This document shows, piece by piece, positions 53,914 through 64,000 of a stretch of 64,000 nucleotides of DNA (the first letter of the stretch is position 1; each line of letters opens with the position of its first letter). The translations under genes and the position numbers were made by a program. The notes under the pieces are model-generated. The model was not told the origin of the DNA, did not search any database, and saw only the letters and a list, made by a program, of their open reading frames with translations. This DNA comes from Endomicrobiales bacterium (lineage in GTDB: Bacteria > Elusimicrobiota > Endomicrobiia > Endomicrobiales > CAWCFT01): assembly GCA_963794945.1 (NCBI GenBank), contig CAWCFT010000008.1, positions 98,045-162,044 of the forward strand, given 5' to 3'.

Positions 53914-55494
53914 TTACAGTGAGACTTGTTTGACTTTGTTGACACCGGAAAAAGTACCTATCTGTTTAATGACGTCCGCGGGAACCGGGCTGTCAATGTT
54001 GATTATAGTCATTGCCTCGCCGCCAGCGTCCTTCCTGGCGACCTGCATGTTGGCTATATTGAGGTTGTTCTTTCCCAGGAACACTCCCACCTGCCCGACG
54101 ACTCCCGGCCTGTCGATATTAGAGACAAGCAGCATGTTGCCCGAAGGCACTATGTCAACGCTCAGCCCCGAAAGGCTCACGACGCGCGGGTTCTTGTGAG
54201 AGAACAGCGTACCCGCTATCGGCAGCTCGCCTTTATCAGTTACAACAGTGGCGGTAATAAGCGAAGTATAATCCTCAACGGTCTCAGTTTTTCTTTCTTT
54301 TACTTTTATGCCTCTCTCTTTAACAAGCGAGGGGGCGTTTACGAAATTTACTTTTACATCGAGTATCGGGCTAAGCAGGCCCTTCAAATATGCGATAGTC
54401 AGAGGGTTCGTGTTGAAAGCCGATATATCGCCTTTGAACTGCAGCTTTATCTCTGTTATTCCGCCCTCTATCATCTGCCCCTGGAAAGATCCCAGCTTTT
54501 CCGAAAGCGCGATGTAAGGCTCAAGTTTCTTGTACGTTTCCCAATCGAGCGTTGGAACGTTTACGGCGTTTCTTATGACGCCCTTGGTGAAATAATCGAT
54601 CACGACTTCACTTAGCTCAGATGCGATCTTAACCTGCGCCTCTTCCGTTGAAGCGGCGAGGTGAGGAGTAACGACGGTACCCTCCGTCTCGATTATAGTC
54701 CAGTCCACAGGCGGTTCCTTGGCGAAAACGTCAATTGCCGCGCCTTTCACGTGGCCCGATTTTATGGCTTCGGAAAGAGCTTTTTCATCTATTATGCCGC
54801 CACGTGCGCAGTTGACTATCCTTACCCCGTTCTTCATTTTCTTAAGGGCCTCGGCGTTGATCATGCCGCGCGTGGTATCGTTGAGCGGAGAATGTATGGA
54901 GATATAATCCGATTCAGCATAAATTTCTTCGAGCGACTTGAGCTCGATCCCCGAACTCTGTGCAAATTCCTTGCTTGCGAACGGGTCATATGCGATCACT
55001 TTCATCTCGAACGCTATCATCCTGCTGGCTACTTCGCGGCCTATGCGGCCGAGGCCGATGAGGCCCAGCGTTTTTCCCTGTAGTTCCGTGCCCACGAATT
55101 TGTCGCGCTTCCATTCTTTATTCTTGAGCGCGCCGCAGGCCTGGGGTATGTTCCTGGCAAGCGCGAGCATAAGCCCTACCGTGTGTTCCGCAGCTGAGAT
55201 CGTATTTCCACCAGGGACGTTCGCGACTACGATGCCCTTCTGTGTTGCAGAGGGGATATCGACATTGTCAACACCCGTTCCGGCGCGGCCTATGAACTTA
55301 AGCTTGGCGCCTGCCGCTACTATTTCAGGCGTAACTTTTACTTCCGAGCGTATCATTAATCCGTCGTAATCTTTTATGAGCTCTTTGAATTGTTCCGGGG
55401 TCGGTTTCGCGTGTATCTCGACTTTGAAGTCAGGATGTTTGAGCAGCAACTCAAGTCCTTCTGTATTATCGTAAGTCATTAGTATTTTGTGCAT
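53914..55494 (-). CDS. serA: D-3-phosphoglycerate dehydrogenase (long type with ASB and ACT domains)
   Basis: GRAGTGVDNVD, GLGRIG, NCARGG, TPHLAAST and C-terminal DRPGVVG ACT domain. Confidence 0.96.
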   Translation of the reverse strand: MHKILMTYDNTEGLELLLKHPDFKVEIHAKPTPEQFKELIKDYDGLMIRSEVKVTPEIVAAGAKLKFIGRAGTGVDNVDIPSATQKGIVVANVPGGNTISAAEHTVGLMLALARNIPQACGALKNKEWKRDKFVGTELQGKTLGLIGLGRIGREVASRMIAFEMKVIAYDPFASKEFAQSSGIELKSLEEIYAESDYISIHSPLNDTTRGMINAEALKKMKNGVRIVNCARGGIIDEKALSEAIKSGHVKGAAIDVFAKEPPVDWTIIETEGTVVTPHLAASTEEAQVKIASELSEVVIDYFTKGVIRNAVNVPTLDWETYKKLEPYIALSEKLGSFQGQMIEGGITEIKLQFKGDISAFNTNPLTIAYLKGLLSPILDVKVNFVNAPSLVKERGIKVKERKTETVEDYTSLITATVVTDKGELPIAGTLFSHKNPRVVSLSGLSVDIVPSGNMLLVSNIDRPGVVGQVGVFLGKNNLNIANMQVARKDAGGEAMTIINIDSPVPADVIKQIGTFSGVNKVKQVSL

Positions 55495-55519
55495 GTTTGG
55501 TATCCTTTTTTAACAGAAT

Positions 55520-55581
55520 AATTAAAAATTACAAGATTAAAGATTGAAAATTATAAATCTTCTAAATCTTAAATTTTTAAT
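55520..55581. repeat. 7-8-mer tandem/inverted repeat element (GATTAAA family)
   Basis: aattaaa-aattacaa-gattaaa-gattgaa-aatt ... aaatcttct-aaatctt-aaatttt-taat. Confidence 0.7.
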
Positions 55582-55585
55582 GTCT

Positions 55586-56723
55586 TTAGCCTTTAAGCAG
55601 TTCATCCTGCACGGCGGCAACAGCCTTGCCTTTCTCAAACTTGTAGCCGAGCTTCGTAAGGACCATCTCAAGGCACGCAAACCCCACGAACAGGTCCGGC
55701 TTCTGGATGTAACCCATATGGGCGAACCTTATTATCTTGCCCTTAAGAGCTCCCTGGCCTCCGGCTATCGAAACACCGAACTCTTCCCTGAGCATCTTGA
55801 CTATTTTTCCGCCGTCAATGCCCGCGGGTACTTTTGCGCTTGTCAGGACGTCGCACGGGCTGTCGCCAAAAAGCTCGAGGCCCATGGCCTTCATGCCAGC
55901 GCGTGCCAGCTCTAGCGAGAAGACGGGTTTCCTTCCAAACATTCTCAATGCCCTCTTCTTTTATCATCTTGCAGGCTTCGGCAAGCGTGACTATAAGTGT
56001 CACGGCCGGAGTGAACGGGGTCTCTTTGGTCGCGAGAGATTTTCTCATCTTGCGCCAGTCCCAGTAGAAGCGGGGCAGCTTCGCAGTTTCAACAACTTTC
56101 CAGGCTTTTTCGCTGACTGACACGAAAGCGAGCCCGGGCGCGAGCATCAGCCCTTTCTGGGAACCGGAAACTACTACATCCGCCTGCCACTCGTCTGTCC
56201 TGAACTCCTGCCCTGCTAGGCCTGAGATCGCGTCGATAACAAGCACAGCGCTTGTGGCACCTACTATCTTCCCAATCGCGGCTATATCGTTGGCAACACC
56301 GGTAGATGTCTCTGTGAACGTCGTGTATACGGCCTTGATCTTCGGGTTAGCCTTGAGGGCCTTCTCGATGTCTGCGGGGTTTATTATCTTTCCCCACTCT
56401 GCCGAGACCATAATCGGCTTTATTCCGTATGCTTCCATCAGTTTGCCCCAGCGGTCTCCAAAGTTACCGCAGGTAGCCACCAGCGCGTCGTCTCCCGGTG
56501 AAAGCAGGTTAACTATCGCGGACTCCATCGCTCCCGTGCCGGAGGATGCCATTATAAGCACATCGTTCTTTGTCTGATACACATATTTTAAACCATCGGC
56601 GGCTTCCTGGAATATCGCTCCGAACTCGCTGGTCCTGTGGTGCAGGATCGGCAGAGCCTCTTTGAGCGCGATCTCCGGCGGGATCGGGGTAGGGCCAGGT
56701 GTCAACAGATAATGTTTTTTCAT
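55586..56723 (-). CDS. Class V PLP aminotransferase (alanine-glyoxylate/serine-pyruvate family; frameshift near 55915)
   Basis: LLTPGPTP, SSGTGAME, ETSTGV, DAIS, GSQKGLM and C-terminal IAGGQ..IRFAHMG. Confidence 0.92.
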
Positions 56724-56748
56724 GTTTTTGCTCCTTTTTATTATGCTT

Positions 56749-56840
56749 TCAGCCATCAGAAATCAGCTGTCAGCAAAATCAAAACCATTAAATTTTGTTT
56801 ACGATGTTAGCTGAAAGCTGATATCTGACAGCTGACAACT
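56749..56840. repeat. Heptamer tandem/inverted repeat element (TCAGCTA family)
   Basis: tcagcca-tcagaaa-tcagctg-tcagcaa ... agctgaa-agctgat-atctgac-agctgac. Confidence 0.85.
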
Positions 56841-56917
56841 TTAATAAATTGTTTAATTTTATATCCACATAGTTCCCGTCCCTGTATTTTAAACTGTCGT
56901 TTCTATTAAAGCGTTGT

Positions 56918-59306
56918 TTACCGTTTGCACGGTTTGACCGTCTTGCCTTCGAGGCCGTAACCGAGCACTTCGTCCATGTGTTTGACCGGAATAAGCTTTA
57001 TTTTATCTTGTATATCCTGTGGTATATCAGTCAGGTCCTTCTTGTTTCCTTCCGGAAACAGGACGGTGGTAATGCCGTCCCTGTAAGCCGCGATAACTTT
57101 TTCCTTTAGCCCACCGATGGGAAGTACCCTTCCCCTTAATGTTATCTCGCCCGTCATGGCAAGATTCTTCTTAACAGCCCGATCGGATATAACCGACGCG
57201 AGAGCCGTCGCCATGGCGATCCCAGCGCTTGGGCCGTCCTTGGGGACGGCTCCTTCAGGCACGTGTATATGAAAATCCATTTCTTTAAATACGCTGTCGT
57301 TGACTTTCATGACCTTTGCAGAGGAACGGACATAAGAAAGAGCTGCCTGTGCAGATTCTTTCATTATGTCTCCGAGCTTACCGGTAAGGCTGAGCATGCC
57401 CTTGCCTTTCATCTTATTGACTTCTATAGTAAGCGTTTCGCCTCCAACTTCAGTCCAGGCGAGGCCGGTAGCAACACCCACCGCGTTTTGAGCTATCTTT
57501 GAGCGTTCGAACGGCGGCACACCGAGGAATTTAAGAAGCTCGTCCGGGGTTGGCGCAACCTTGGTCTTTTTCTTATCGAGTGCGAGCTCCTTGGCAGTTT
57601 TTCTGGCAAGGTTCGCTATCTCGCGCTCAAGGTTCCTAACGCCCGCTTCATGGGTATAGTTACTGATAACGGCCCTGATGGTCTCTTCGCTTAGCTCGAG
57701 TTCTTCCGCTGTCAATCCATGCTCTTTGATCTGCTTTGGTATGAGGAACTTCTGCGCGATCTTCACTTTCTCTTCGAGCGTGTAGCCGGAGAAACGCAGT
57801 ATCTCGAGCCTGTCAAGCAGCGTCGGAGGTATGTTGTAAAGCGTGTTGGCAGTTGTGATGAACATGACCTTGGAGAGGTCGAAGTCGACATCAAGGTAGT
57901 GGTCGCCGAAAGCGTAGTTCTGTTCCGGGTCGAGCACCTCAAGCAGGGCCGCCGAGGGGTCGCCACGCCAGTCCGTGCCCATCTTGTCTATCTCGTCTAA
58001 TATAAAGACAGGGTTATTTGATTTTGCTTTGCGCATGGACTGAATGATACGGCCGGGCAGGGCTCCAATATAAGTCCTTCTGTGCCCGCGTATCTCGGCC
58101 TCGTCACGGACACCGCCCATCGATATCCTGACGAAGCTCCTGCCGAGGCTTCTCGCGACGGATTTAGCGATAGATGTTTTCCCTACCCCTGGAGGCCCAA
58201 CGAAACAAAGAATCGGCCCCTTTATTTTCTGAACGCGGGTGAGCACCGCAAGATATTCGAGCACTCTGTCTTTTATTTTTTCAAGTCCGAAGTGGTCTTC
58301 GTCCAATATTTTTTGCGCTCTTTTGAGATCAAGCGTGTCTTTTGTAGTAACCGCCCAGGGAAGTGTGATGAGCCAGTCGAGATACGTGCGTATAACAGTC
58401 GCTTCCGGTGAGAAAGGCATCATCTTTTCAAGGCGGACAAGTTCTTTTTCGGCAGTTTCCAGCGCCTCGGGGGACATCTTGGCTTCCTTTATCTTGACAC
58501 GCAGTTCATCGAGCTCTTTGGCGTAATCATCCTTCTGCCTCAGCTCTTTCTGGATAGCCTTCATTTGTTCGGTGAGGTAATATTCCTTCTGGGTCTTTTC
58601 TATCTGGGTGCGCACGCGGTTCTGTATGCGCCGCTCGATGTTCAGTATCTCTATCTCGGCGTTTAAAATCTGGATAAGTTTCTCAAGCCGTTCGCTCGGA
58701 GCCGCTATTTCAAGGATGAGCTGTTTATCGTTAGTTTTAATGAGTAGGTGGGACACGACCGTGTCAGCCAGGCGGCCAGGGTCGGTTATATTAGAGACCG
58801 CGACCGATATCTCCATCGGCAGGCGCGGGTTTAGTTTAACGTACTGTTCAAAAAGGGCGATGGAACGCCGCATGAGAGCTTCAAGCTCCGGTGTTTTTTC
58901 CTGGGTTTCGATAAGCAGTTTAAGCTCAACTTCAACGTAGCCCTTGTTATTGAGCCGGAAATCCGTCCAGCGCGCACGCTGAACGCCTTCCACCAGTACC
59001 TTAAGCGTGCCGTCTGGCATTTTTAGGAGCTGAAGGACCTCAGCTACAGTGCCTATCGGGAATATATCTTCAGGGCTCGGATCTTCTGTTCTGAACGTGT
59101 TTCTGGGCTACAAGGAATACGAGGCGGTGGGTAGACATTGCCTCTTCCAGCGCTTTTATCGATTTGTCCCTACCTACCGCAAGCGGGAGCACCATTGCCG
59201 GGAATACGACTATGTCGCGCACAGGCAGGAGCGGAAGTTTTGTAGGTATAGTTATAGGAGAGTCGCCTTTTTTGCCTTTGGTTTGCACTCTATCAAGTTC
59301 ACTCAT
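56918..59306 (-). CDS. lon: ATP-dependent protease La (frameshift near 59090)
   Basis: [34 protein letters not shown] and IGGLKEK. Confidence 0.97.
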
Positions 59307-59328
59307 GCTACACCCCTCAATAAGGCAA

Positions 59329-59458
59329 TTTCTAAAATACAACCCCGATATCCGAAAAGACTACAATACTAATATTCAAAATAAATTCAGTTTTTGATTT
59401 AAATTTTTTATTGCCTATTAAATATTGTTTCTAAATTCGTGTTTCGGTATTCGAAATT
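59329..59458. repeat. Degenerate heptamer tandem/inverted repeat element (TTTCGAA-like family)
   Basis: tttctaa-aatacaa-ccccgat-atccgaa ... tttctaa-attcgtg-tttcggt-attcgaa. Confidence 0.45.
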
Positions 59459-59467
59459 GCCACTTAA

Positions 59468-60715
59468 TTATGCCGTTTTGCTTATATCGCTCTTAAAAAT
59501 TAGTTTTGGCTGTTCTTTTCTTAACACGGACGCTTCATCTATCACACAGCGCAATAGGTTCTTCATCTCTGGCAGCTCGTACATGGTCTCCATGAGCAGC
59601 GTCTCAAGTATAGCGCGCAGGCCCCTTGCTCCGGAACCTCTTTGTATGGCAAGTTTTGCAATCGACTGGAGGGCGCCTTCGGTAACTTCAAGCTCCACTC
59701 CCTCAAGAGCGAACATTTTTTGATACTGTTTTATCATCGCGTTCTTTGGCTCGGTCAGTATCCTGACAAGGTCGTGCTCTTTTAGCCTCTCAAGCGTTGA
59801 GACAACAGGAAGCCTTCCGATAAATTCGGGAATGAGCCCGAACTTTATCAGGTCTTCGGGCTGGACTGCCGATATCACGGCGTCCGGGTTATGGTCGGCC
59901 CTGCTTTTGACGTCCGAGATAAATCCGAGTTTCTTATCCGTCAGCCTCGCTTCAATTATTTTTTCGAGGCCGTCAAAAGCGCCTCCGCATATGAAAAGTA
60001 TGTTAGTTGTGTCTACCCTTATGTACTCCTGCTGGGGGTGTTTTCTACCACCCTGCGGAGGCACGTTGGCTATGGTGCCCTCTAGTATTTTAAGGAGCGC
60101 CTGCTGTACACCTTCACCGGAGACGTCTCTAGTTATTGATGGGCTGTCTGAGCGGCGCGATATCTTGTCTATTTCGTCGATATATATTATGCCTTTTTCG
60201 GCGCGCTTTACTTCGTAAGACGAATTCTGCAGGAGTCTCAGGATAATATTCTCGACGTCTTCGCCAACATAGCCGGCTTCTGTGAGAGTAGTGGCATCTG
60301 CCATTGCGAACGGCACATGAAGCATTCTCGCGAGTGTCTGGGCAAGCAGTGTCTTTCCGGTGCCTGTCGCTCCTATAAGGAGTATGTTTGACTTCTGCAA
60401 CTCGACTTCGTTCTTTAGAGCCGGCCCGGACTCGAGCCTTCTATAATGGTTATATACAGCTACCGATAGCGATTTCTTCGCCCGGTCCTGACCAACAACA
60501 TATTCATCCAGCGACTTTTTTATCTCTTTCGGCTTAGGGAGCGATTTCAGCGCACGGCGCGATTCCTCGGCCTCTATCCTGTCAAGAAGTTCAACGGAAT
60601 TCCTTATGCAGTCCTCGCAGACGTAAGTCCCCTGTCCGCCTATGAGCCTCAGGCCGTGAAGTTTGCCGCGCTGGCAGAACACACAGGATTGATCGCTTGA
60701 TGGTTTATCGTTCAT
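59468..60715 (-). CDS. clpX: ATP-dependent Clp protease ATP-binding subunit ClpX
   Basis: C4 zinc finger, [28 protein letters not shown] and LGF loop. Confidence 0.97.
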   Translation of the reverse strand: MNDKPSSDQSCVFCQRGKLHGLRLIGGQGTYVCEDCIRNSVELLDRIEAEESRRALKSLPKPKEIKKSLDEYVVGQDRAKKSLSVAVYNHYRRLESGPALKNEVELQKSNILLIGATGTGKTLLAQTLARMLHVPFAMADATTLTEAGYVGEDVENIILRLLQNSSYEVKRAEKGIIYIDEIDKISRRSDSPSITRDVSGEGVQQALLKILEGTIANVPPQGGRKHPQQEYIRVDTTNILFICGGAFDGLEKIIEARLTDKKLGFISDVKSRADHNPDAVISAVQPEDLIKFGLIPEFIGRLPVVSTLERLKEHDLVRILTEPKNAMIKQYQKMFALEGVELEVTEGALQSIAKLAIQRGSGARGLRAILETLLMETMYELPEMKNLLRCVIDEASVLRKEQPKLIFKSDISKTA

Positions 60716-60729
60716 TTTTATACCAGTTT

Positions 60730-60793
60730 TAAGCTGTAAGCCGTAAGTTGTAAGCAAAGACTTTTCTTAACACTTAAAGCTTATGGCTTAATT
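60730..60793. repeat. Heptamer tandem/inverted repeat element (GCTGTAA family)
   Basis: taagctg-taagccg-taagttg-taagc ... cttaaca-cttaaag-cttatgg-cttaatt. Confidence 0.85.
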
Positions 60794-60799
60794 TCTGAC

Positions 60800-61413
60800 T
60801 CACTTGTTCCTTCTTGACGCTACCACTTCATCTATTATGCCGTACACTTTTGCTTCTTCAGCCGACAGATAGAAATTCCTTTCCATATCCTGCCGCACTT
60901 TTTCGACAGACTGGCTTGTGTGTTTTGCCAGTATCTCGATCAGTTTTGTTTTAGTACCGAGCAGTTCTTTCGTTTCAATGTCGATATCGGTCACCTGGCC
61001 TGACAAGCCGCCTCCATAAATAAGAGGCTGGTGGATCATCACCCTTGAATGCGGAAGAGCATAACGCCTGCCCTTTGTTCCGGCAGCTAGAAGCAGCGCG
61101 CCGAAAGACATTGCCATACCCATGCATATTGTCGTTATTGGGCATCTTATATACTGCATCGTATCATAGACCGCAAGGCCAGCGGTCACCATTCCGCCCG
61201 GTGAATTGATATAGAGGTTGATGTCTTTATCCGGGTCTTCAGCCTCGAGGTACAGCAGCTGTGCTATAATGAGGTTGGCCGAATCTGTTGTTACTTCTCC
61301 GCCGTATCCGCCTACAAAAATGATCCTGTCCTTAAGCAGCCTTGAGTAGATGTCGTACCCTACCGCGGCCCCTGATTCCACCTTTCGATAATTGTTGGTA
61401 TTACACCTGACAT
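60800..61413 (-). CDS. clpP: ATP-dependent Clp protease proteolytic subunit (frameshift near 61382)
   Basis: [10 protein letters not shown] from 61413, then [26 protein letters not shown] and MIHQP. Confidence 0.96.
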
Positions 61414-61431
61414 GATAACCTCCATTAACAC

Positions 61432-61497
61432 AATTGGAAAATTTGAAAGATTACGAAGATTTAAAATTTTAAATCTTTAATTTTCTAATCTTTAATT
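61432..61497. repeat. 7-9-mer tandem/inverted repeat element (GATTAAA family)
   Basis: aattggaa-aatttgaaa-gattacgaa-gatttaaa ... tttaaatc-tttaatt-ttctaatc-tttaatt. Abuts the tig stop. Confidence 0.7.
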
Positions 61498-62809
61498 ACT
61501 TCTCTTCTTTGGCCTTCATTTCTTTTAAGCTGGCTTCCTTGATGAGGAATTCAAATATCTTCTGCTCTTTTATACGAGATGATATGCTGCTCTTGTTCTC
61601 ATCGAAATATTTCTTTACTTCTTCTTCCTTGCCGGGATTAGCCTGAAGGACCCTGTCAAGCTCTTTTGCAATGTCCGCTTCAGATACTTCGAGTTTTTCT
61701 TCCTGCGCTACAGCGTTAAGTATATAAGAAAGCCTGACGTTCTTTTCGGCCTCTTCACGGTATTTTGGACGCATCTCAACAGCCTTCTTGTCCCACTCCG
61801 CTTTCTGTCCGCCCTGCCCGACATAGTGGGTCTCGGTGCGCTTCATTATATAGTCGAGCTGTTCTTCAGTGAGTGAATCCGGCACAGGGAACGCATTGTT
61901 GCAAAGAAGGTGTTCGATTATCTGCTTGTCAACCTCTTCTTCCTCGTGCTTCTTTTCTTCGGCGATCATAACTTCTTTTACTTTATCTTTTAACTCCTGC
62001 AGGTTCGCTACACCCAGGTCTTTCGCCAGTTCGTCATCAAGCTCAGGTAGAAGTTTTTCTTTTATCTCGTTGACCCTGGCTTTAAAAGTTACGTCTTTGC
62101 CTGCTATTTTCTTATTCGGATATTCCTGAGGCATCTTGATAACGATCTCTTTCTCTTCACCCTTCTTCATCCCTATAATGCCCTCGTTAAAACCTTTGAA
62201 CGACTGAGGAGAGGATAGGTCAAAGAGCTGATTCTTGGCTTTTAGCTCCGGCACAGACTCGCCATCAACAAAAGCATCGAAGTCAACTATTGCAAAGCTT
62301 GTTGCAGTTACTTGTCCCGATTTCGATTCCTCCAGCCTTGCGTTCCTTTCCCTGAGAGCATCGATCCGCTTGCCTACCACGGTATCGGTTATCTCTCTTA
62401 TTTCTTTATTTATCTTGATCTTTTTGTAATCTTTGACCTTGAACTCGGGGTGGCGTTCCGCTTTCATCCTATAGCTAAACGGTTTATCAAAATCGAAATT
62501 TACCTGTTCGATCAAAGGATAATTGATCGGTTCCACGCCGTGCGCCTTAAGGCTTGAAAAAACAGTCTGTTGAATAAGGTTTTCTATCACTTTCTCTTTA
62601 GCCGTCGTTGTGTAGTTTCTTTTTACAAGGTCCATGGGGGCCTTACCCTGCCTGAAACCCGGTACCTGTGCCATACCCTGAAGTTTGCGGTAAACTTCTT
62701 CGGTCTCGCTGATCACTTCACTGTGCGGCACTTCGATATTTAGGGTCACTGAACAAGGTTTTGTGTCAATAACATCAACTTTAACTTTTTGAGCTTCCTT
62801 TTCTGCCAT
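61496..62809 (-). CDS. tig: Trigger factor
   Basis: VPGFRQGKAP ribosome-binding motif and FKBP-like middle domain, upstream of clpP. Confidence 0.95.
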   Translation of the reverse strand: MAEKEAQKVKVDVIDTKPCSVTLNIEVPHSEVISETEEVYRKLQGMAQVPGFRQGKAPMDLVKRNYTTTAKEKVIENLIQQTVFSSLKAHGVEPINYPLIEQVNFDFDKPFSYRMKAERHPEFKVKDYKKIKINKEIREITDTVVGKRIDALRERNARLEESKSGQVTATSFAIVDFDAFVDGESVPELKAKNQLFDLSSPQSFKGFNEGIIGMKKGEEKEIVIKMPQEYPNKKIAGKDVTFKARVNEIKEKLLPELDDELAKDLGVANLQELKDKVKEVMIAEEKKHEEEEVDKQIIEHLLCNNAFPVPDSLTEEQLDYIMKRTETHYVGQGGQKAEWDKKAVEMRPKYREEAEKNVRLSYILNAVAQEEKLEVSEADIAKELDRVLQANPGKEEEVKKYFDENKSSISSRIKEQKIFEFLIKEASLKEMKAKEEK

Positions 62810-62911
62810 TTTATTTTACTCCTTTATTATTATCAGTAAGTTAGTAAACACCGGCAAGCATGTGAATTCGAGGCTTCACTTACCAGTTCAACTGAAAGCG
62901 CTCCTGCTGTC

Positions 62912-62996
62912 TGGTGCGGACGGAGGGACTTGAACCCACATGCCTTGCGGCATACGGTCCTAAGCCGTACGCGTCTGCCAGTTCCGCCACGTCCGC
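62912..62996 (-). tRNA. tRNA-Leu(TAG), CCA encoded
   Basis: GCGGACG..CGTCCGCACCA; anticodon arm TACGG-CTTAGGA-CCGTA; long variable arm. Confidence 0.96.
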
Positions 62997-63139
62997 ATAC
63001 TATTTTCTTTCAAAGCTCTTGAAGCAATGGTTTATGCTAGGAACAAAAACCCTGCCGGTGAAACTCAAGGAACATCCCGCGAAGCAGGACTGTGGAGTTT
63101 ATCCGCCGACAGGCGGGCCACGTCCGTATGCTATTTTCT
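62986..63139. repeat. 23-bp direct repeat (21/23 identical) of the tRNA-Leu 5' end and flank, enclosing a long hairpin
   Basis: gccacgtccgcatactattttct (62986-63008) versus gccacgtccgtatgctattttct (63117-63139). Confidence 0.8.
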
Positions 63140-63181
63140 ATATCTAGTTTTTTTGTTTCAACGATCAGAAATAAAAGAAAG

Positions 63182-63254
63182 TGCACCGCATAGGATTTGA
63201 ACCTATAACCTGACGATTAAGAGTCGCCTGCTCTACCAATTGAGCTAGCGATGC
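63182..63254 (-). tRNA. tRNA-Lys(CTT), CCA not encoded
   Basis: GCATCGC..GCGGTGCA cloverleaf; anticodon arm GGCGA-CTCTTAA-TCGTC. Confidence 0.94.
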
Positions 63255-63419
63255 ATTGTCCGTCTATAAACCCGTGTTTTCTTATTTTCCGACGGGAAAA
63301 CTATATGAAGCACAAATTTTATGACAATTTATGACAACTTCTGATATGCCAAAAAAACAGCCTGTTTTCACGCTCATAGCAGATTTTTAGCAGATGCTCA
63401 TGCTGCTGCTAGTTTGGCT

Positions 63420-63448
63420 ATTATACAAAACTAATATTTTATTTTCAA
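63420..63448 (-). promoter_or_regulatory. sigma70-type promoter upstream of tRNA-Lys(CTT)/tRNA-Leu/tig
   Basis: Minus strand TTGAAA-N17-TATAAT. Confidence 0.7.
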
Positions 63449-63477
63449 ATTTATTATTATCGGCATTCCCAGACCAT

Positions 63478-63517
63478 TACGACAGCCACCGTAATGCGCG
63501 TTACGATGGCTGTCGCA
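63478..63517 (-). terminator. Long hairpin downstream of the Clp ATPase (possible terminator or stabiliser)
   Basis: Minus strand TGCGACAGCCATCGTAA-cgcgca-TTACGGTGGCTGTCGTA, with no clear U tract. Confidence 0.5.
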
Positions 63518-63527
63518 GTGCTTTAAC

Positions 63528-64000
63528 CTATCCAAGCCTTTCTTTGGCAAACGATAGGCAATTGTCGCATAAACACACCCTGAGGGTATCTCCTCTATTA
63601 CATTGGTTTTCTGCGATCATATTGGCTACCGGGTCCAGGATAAGCCTTTTTAAGGCTCTTTTCAGGTGCCGCGCCCCGAATTGAGGGTTATATCCATTCT
63701 CTGCCAGATACCTGAGTATCTCATCAGTTATGATTAGTTTAACCGGCATATTCCTAATCATAGTTCTTGCTATTTCAATGAGATTTTCGACAGACAGCGG
63801 ATTGAATATTATCACCTCGTCGATCCGGTTAATGAATTCAGGGCGGAATTCATCGGTCAACCGGCTATGTATACTCCTATGTATGCTGTCTAAATCCATA
63901 GCCTGATTACGTATGCTTTCTCTTCCAAACCCGATATTTCTTTTATCGGTTCGCTCAATAAAACAATCTGACCCGAGATTAGAGGTCATAATTACTATTG
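63528..64000 (-). CDS. ClpA/ClpB/ClpC-family AAA+ ATPase, C-terminal part (5' end outside window)
   Basis: IMTSNLGS, IGF, FRPEFINRIDEVIIFNPL and GYNPQFGARHLKRAL. Confidence 0.88.
   Translation of the reverse strand, partial: IVIMTSNLGSDCFIERTDKRNIGFGRESIRNQAMDLDSIHRSIHSRLTDEFRPEFINRIDEVIIFNPLSVENLIEIARTMIRNMPVKLIITDEILRYLAENGYNPQFGARHLKRALKRLILDPVANMIAENQCNRGDTLRVCLCDNCLSFAKERLG

Noticed and set aside
62833..62896. Possible further heptamer element between tig and tRNA-Leu (cagtaag-ttagtaa ... cttaccagttcaactg)
   Set aside because: Too degenerate to support by eye, so it is not counted among the elements.
63040..63120. SRP (4.5S) or 6S RNA in the hairpin between the tRNAs
   Set aside because: It lacks the SRP domain IV motif (CAGG..GGAA..AGCAG arrangement) and is too short for 6S. 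Kept only as an unexplained hairpin.

Overview
Bacterial core-chromosome window, mostly on the minus strand, with about 55 protein genes and 6 tRNAs. No rRNA, CRISPR array or intact mobile element was seen. Content in order: Ser/Thr kinase-PP2C-FHA cluster; rsmD-nuclease-argBDGH-TolC-patatin-TPR run; a three-gene type IV (pseudo)pilin cluster including a ~1210-aa pilin with a PA14 domain; tmk-holB-ricT-metG-tatD-rSAM-3D; lsrF/ADH; tsaBE-thiL; a long tilS-hpt-ftsH-folE-folP-cdaA-glmM-pdxJ-glmS-acpS-nnrD run; deaD; purA-carAB; a PilGHI-like ABC module; serA; tig-clpP-clpX-lon. Firmicute-like synteny together with an outer-membrane TolC suggests a deep-branching diderm such as Elusimicrobiota (inference only). 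About 18 genes, many essential, carry short indels, best explained as uncorrected long-read errors. Main observations: (1) about 15 intergenic elements made of degenerate 7-nt tandem repeats arranged as inverted arms, in several unrelated sequence families and often overlapping stop codons; (2) an unannotated 29-aa CdaR-like membrane peptide between cdaA and glmM; (3) the giant PA14 pilin cluster; (4) a promoter-proximal terminator/antiterminator leader before tRNA-Lys-tRNA-Glu-purA-carAB; (5) a duplicated tRNA-Leu 5' end interrupted by a long hairpin. All calls are by eye; no searches were run.
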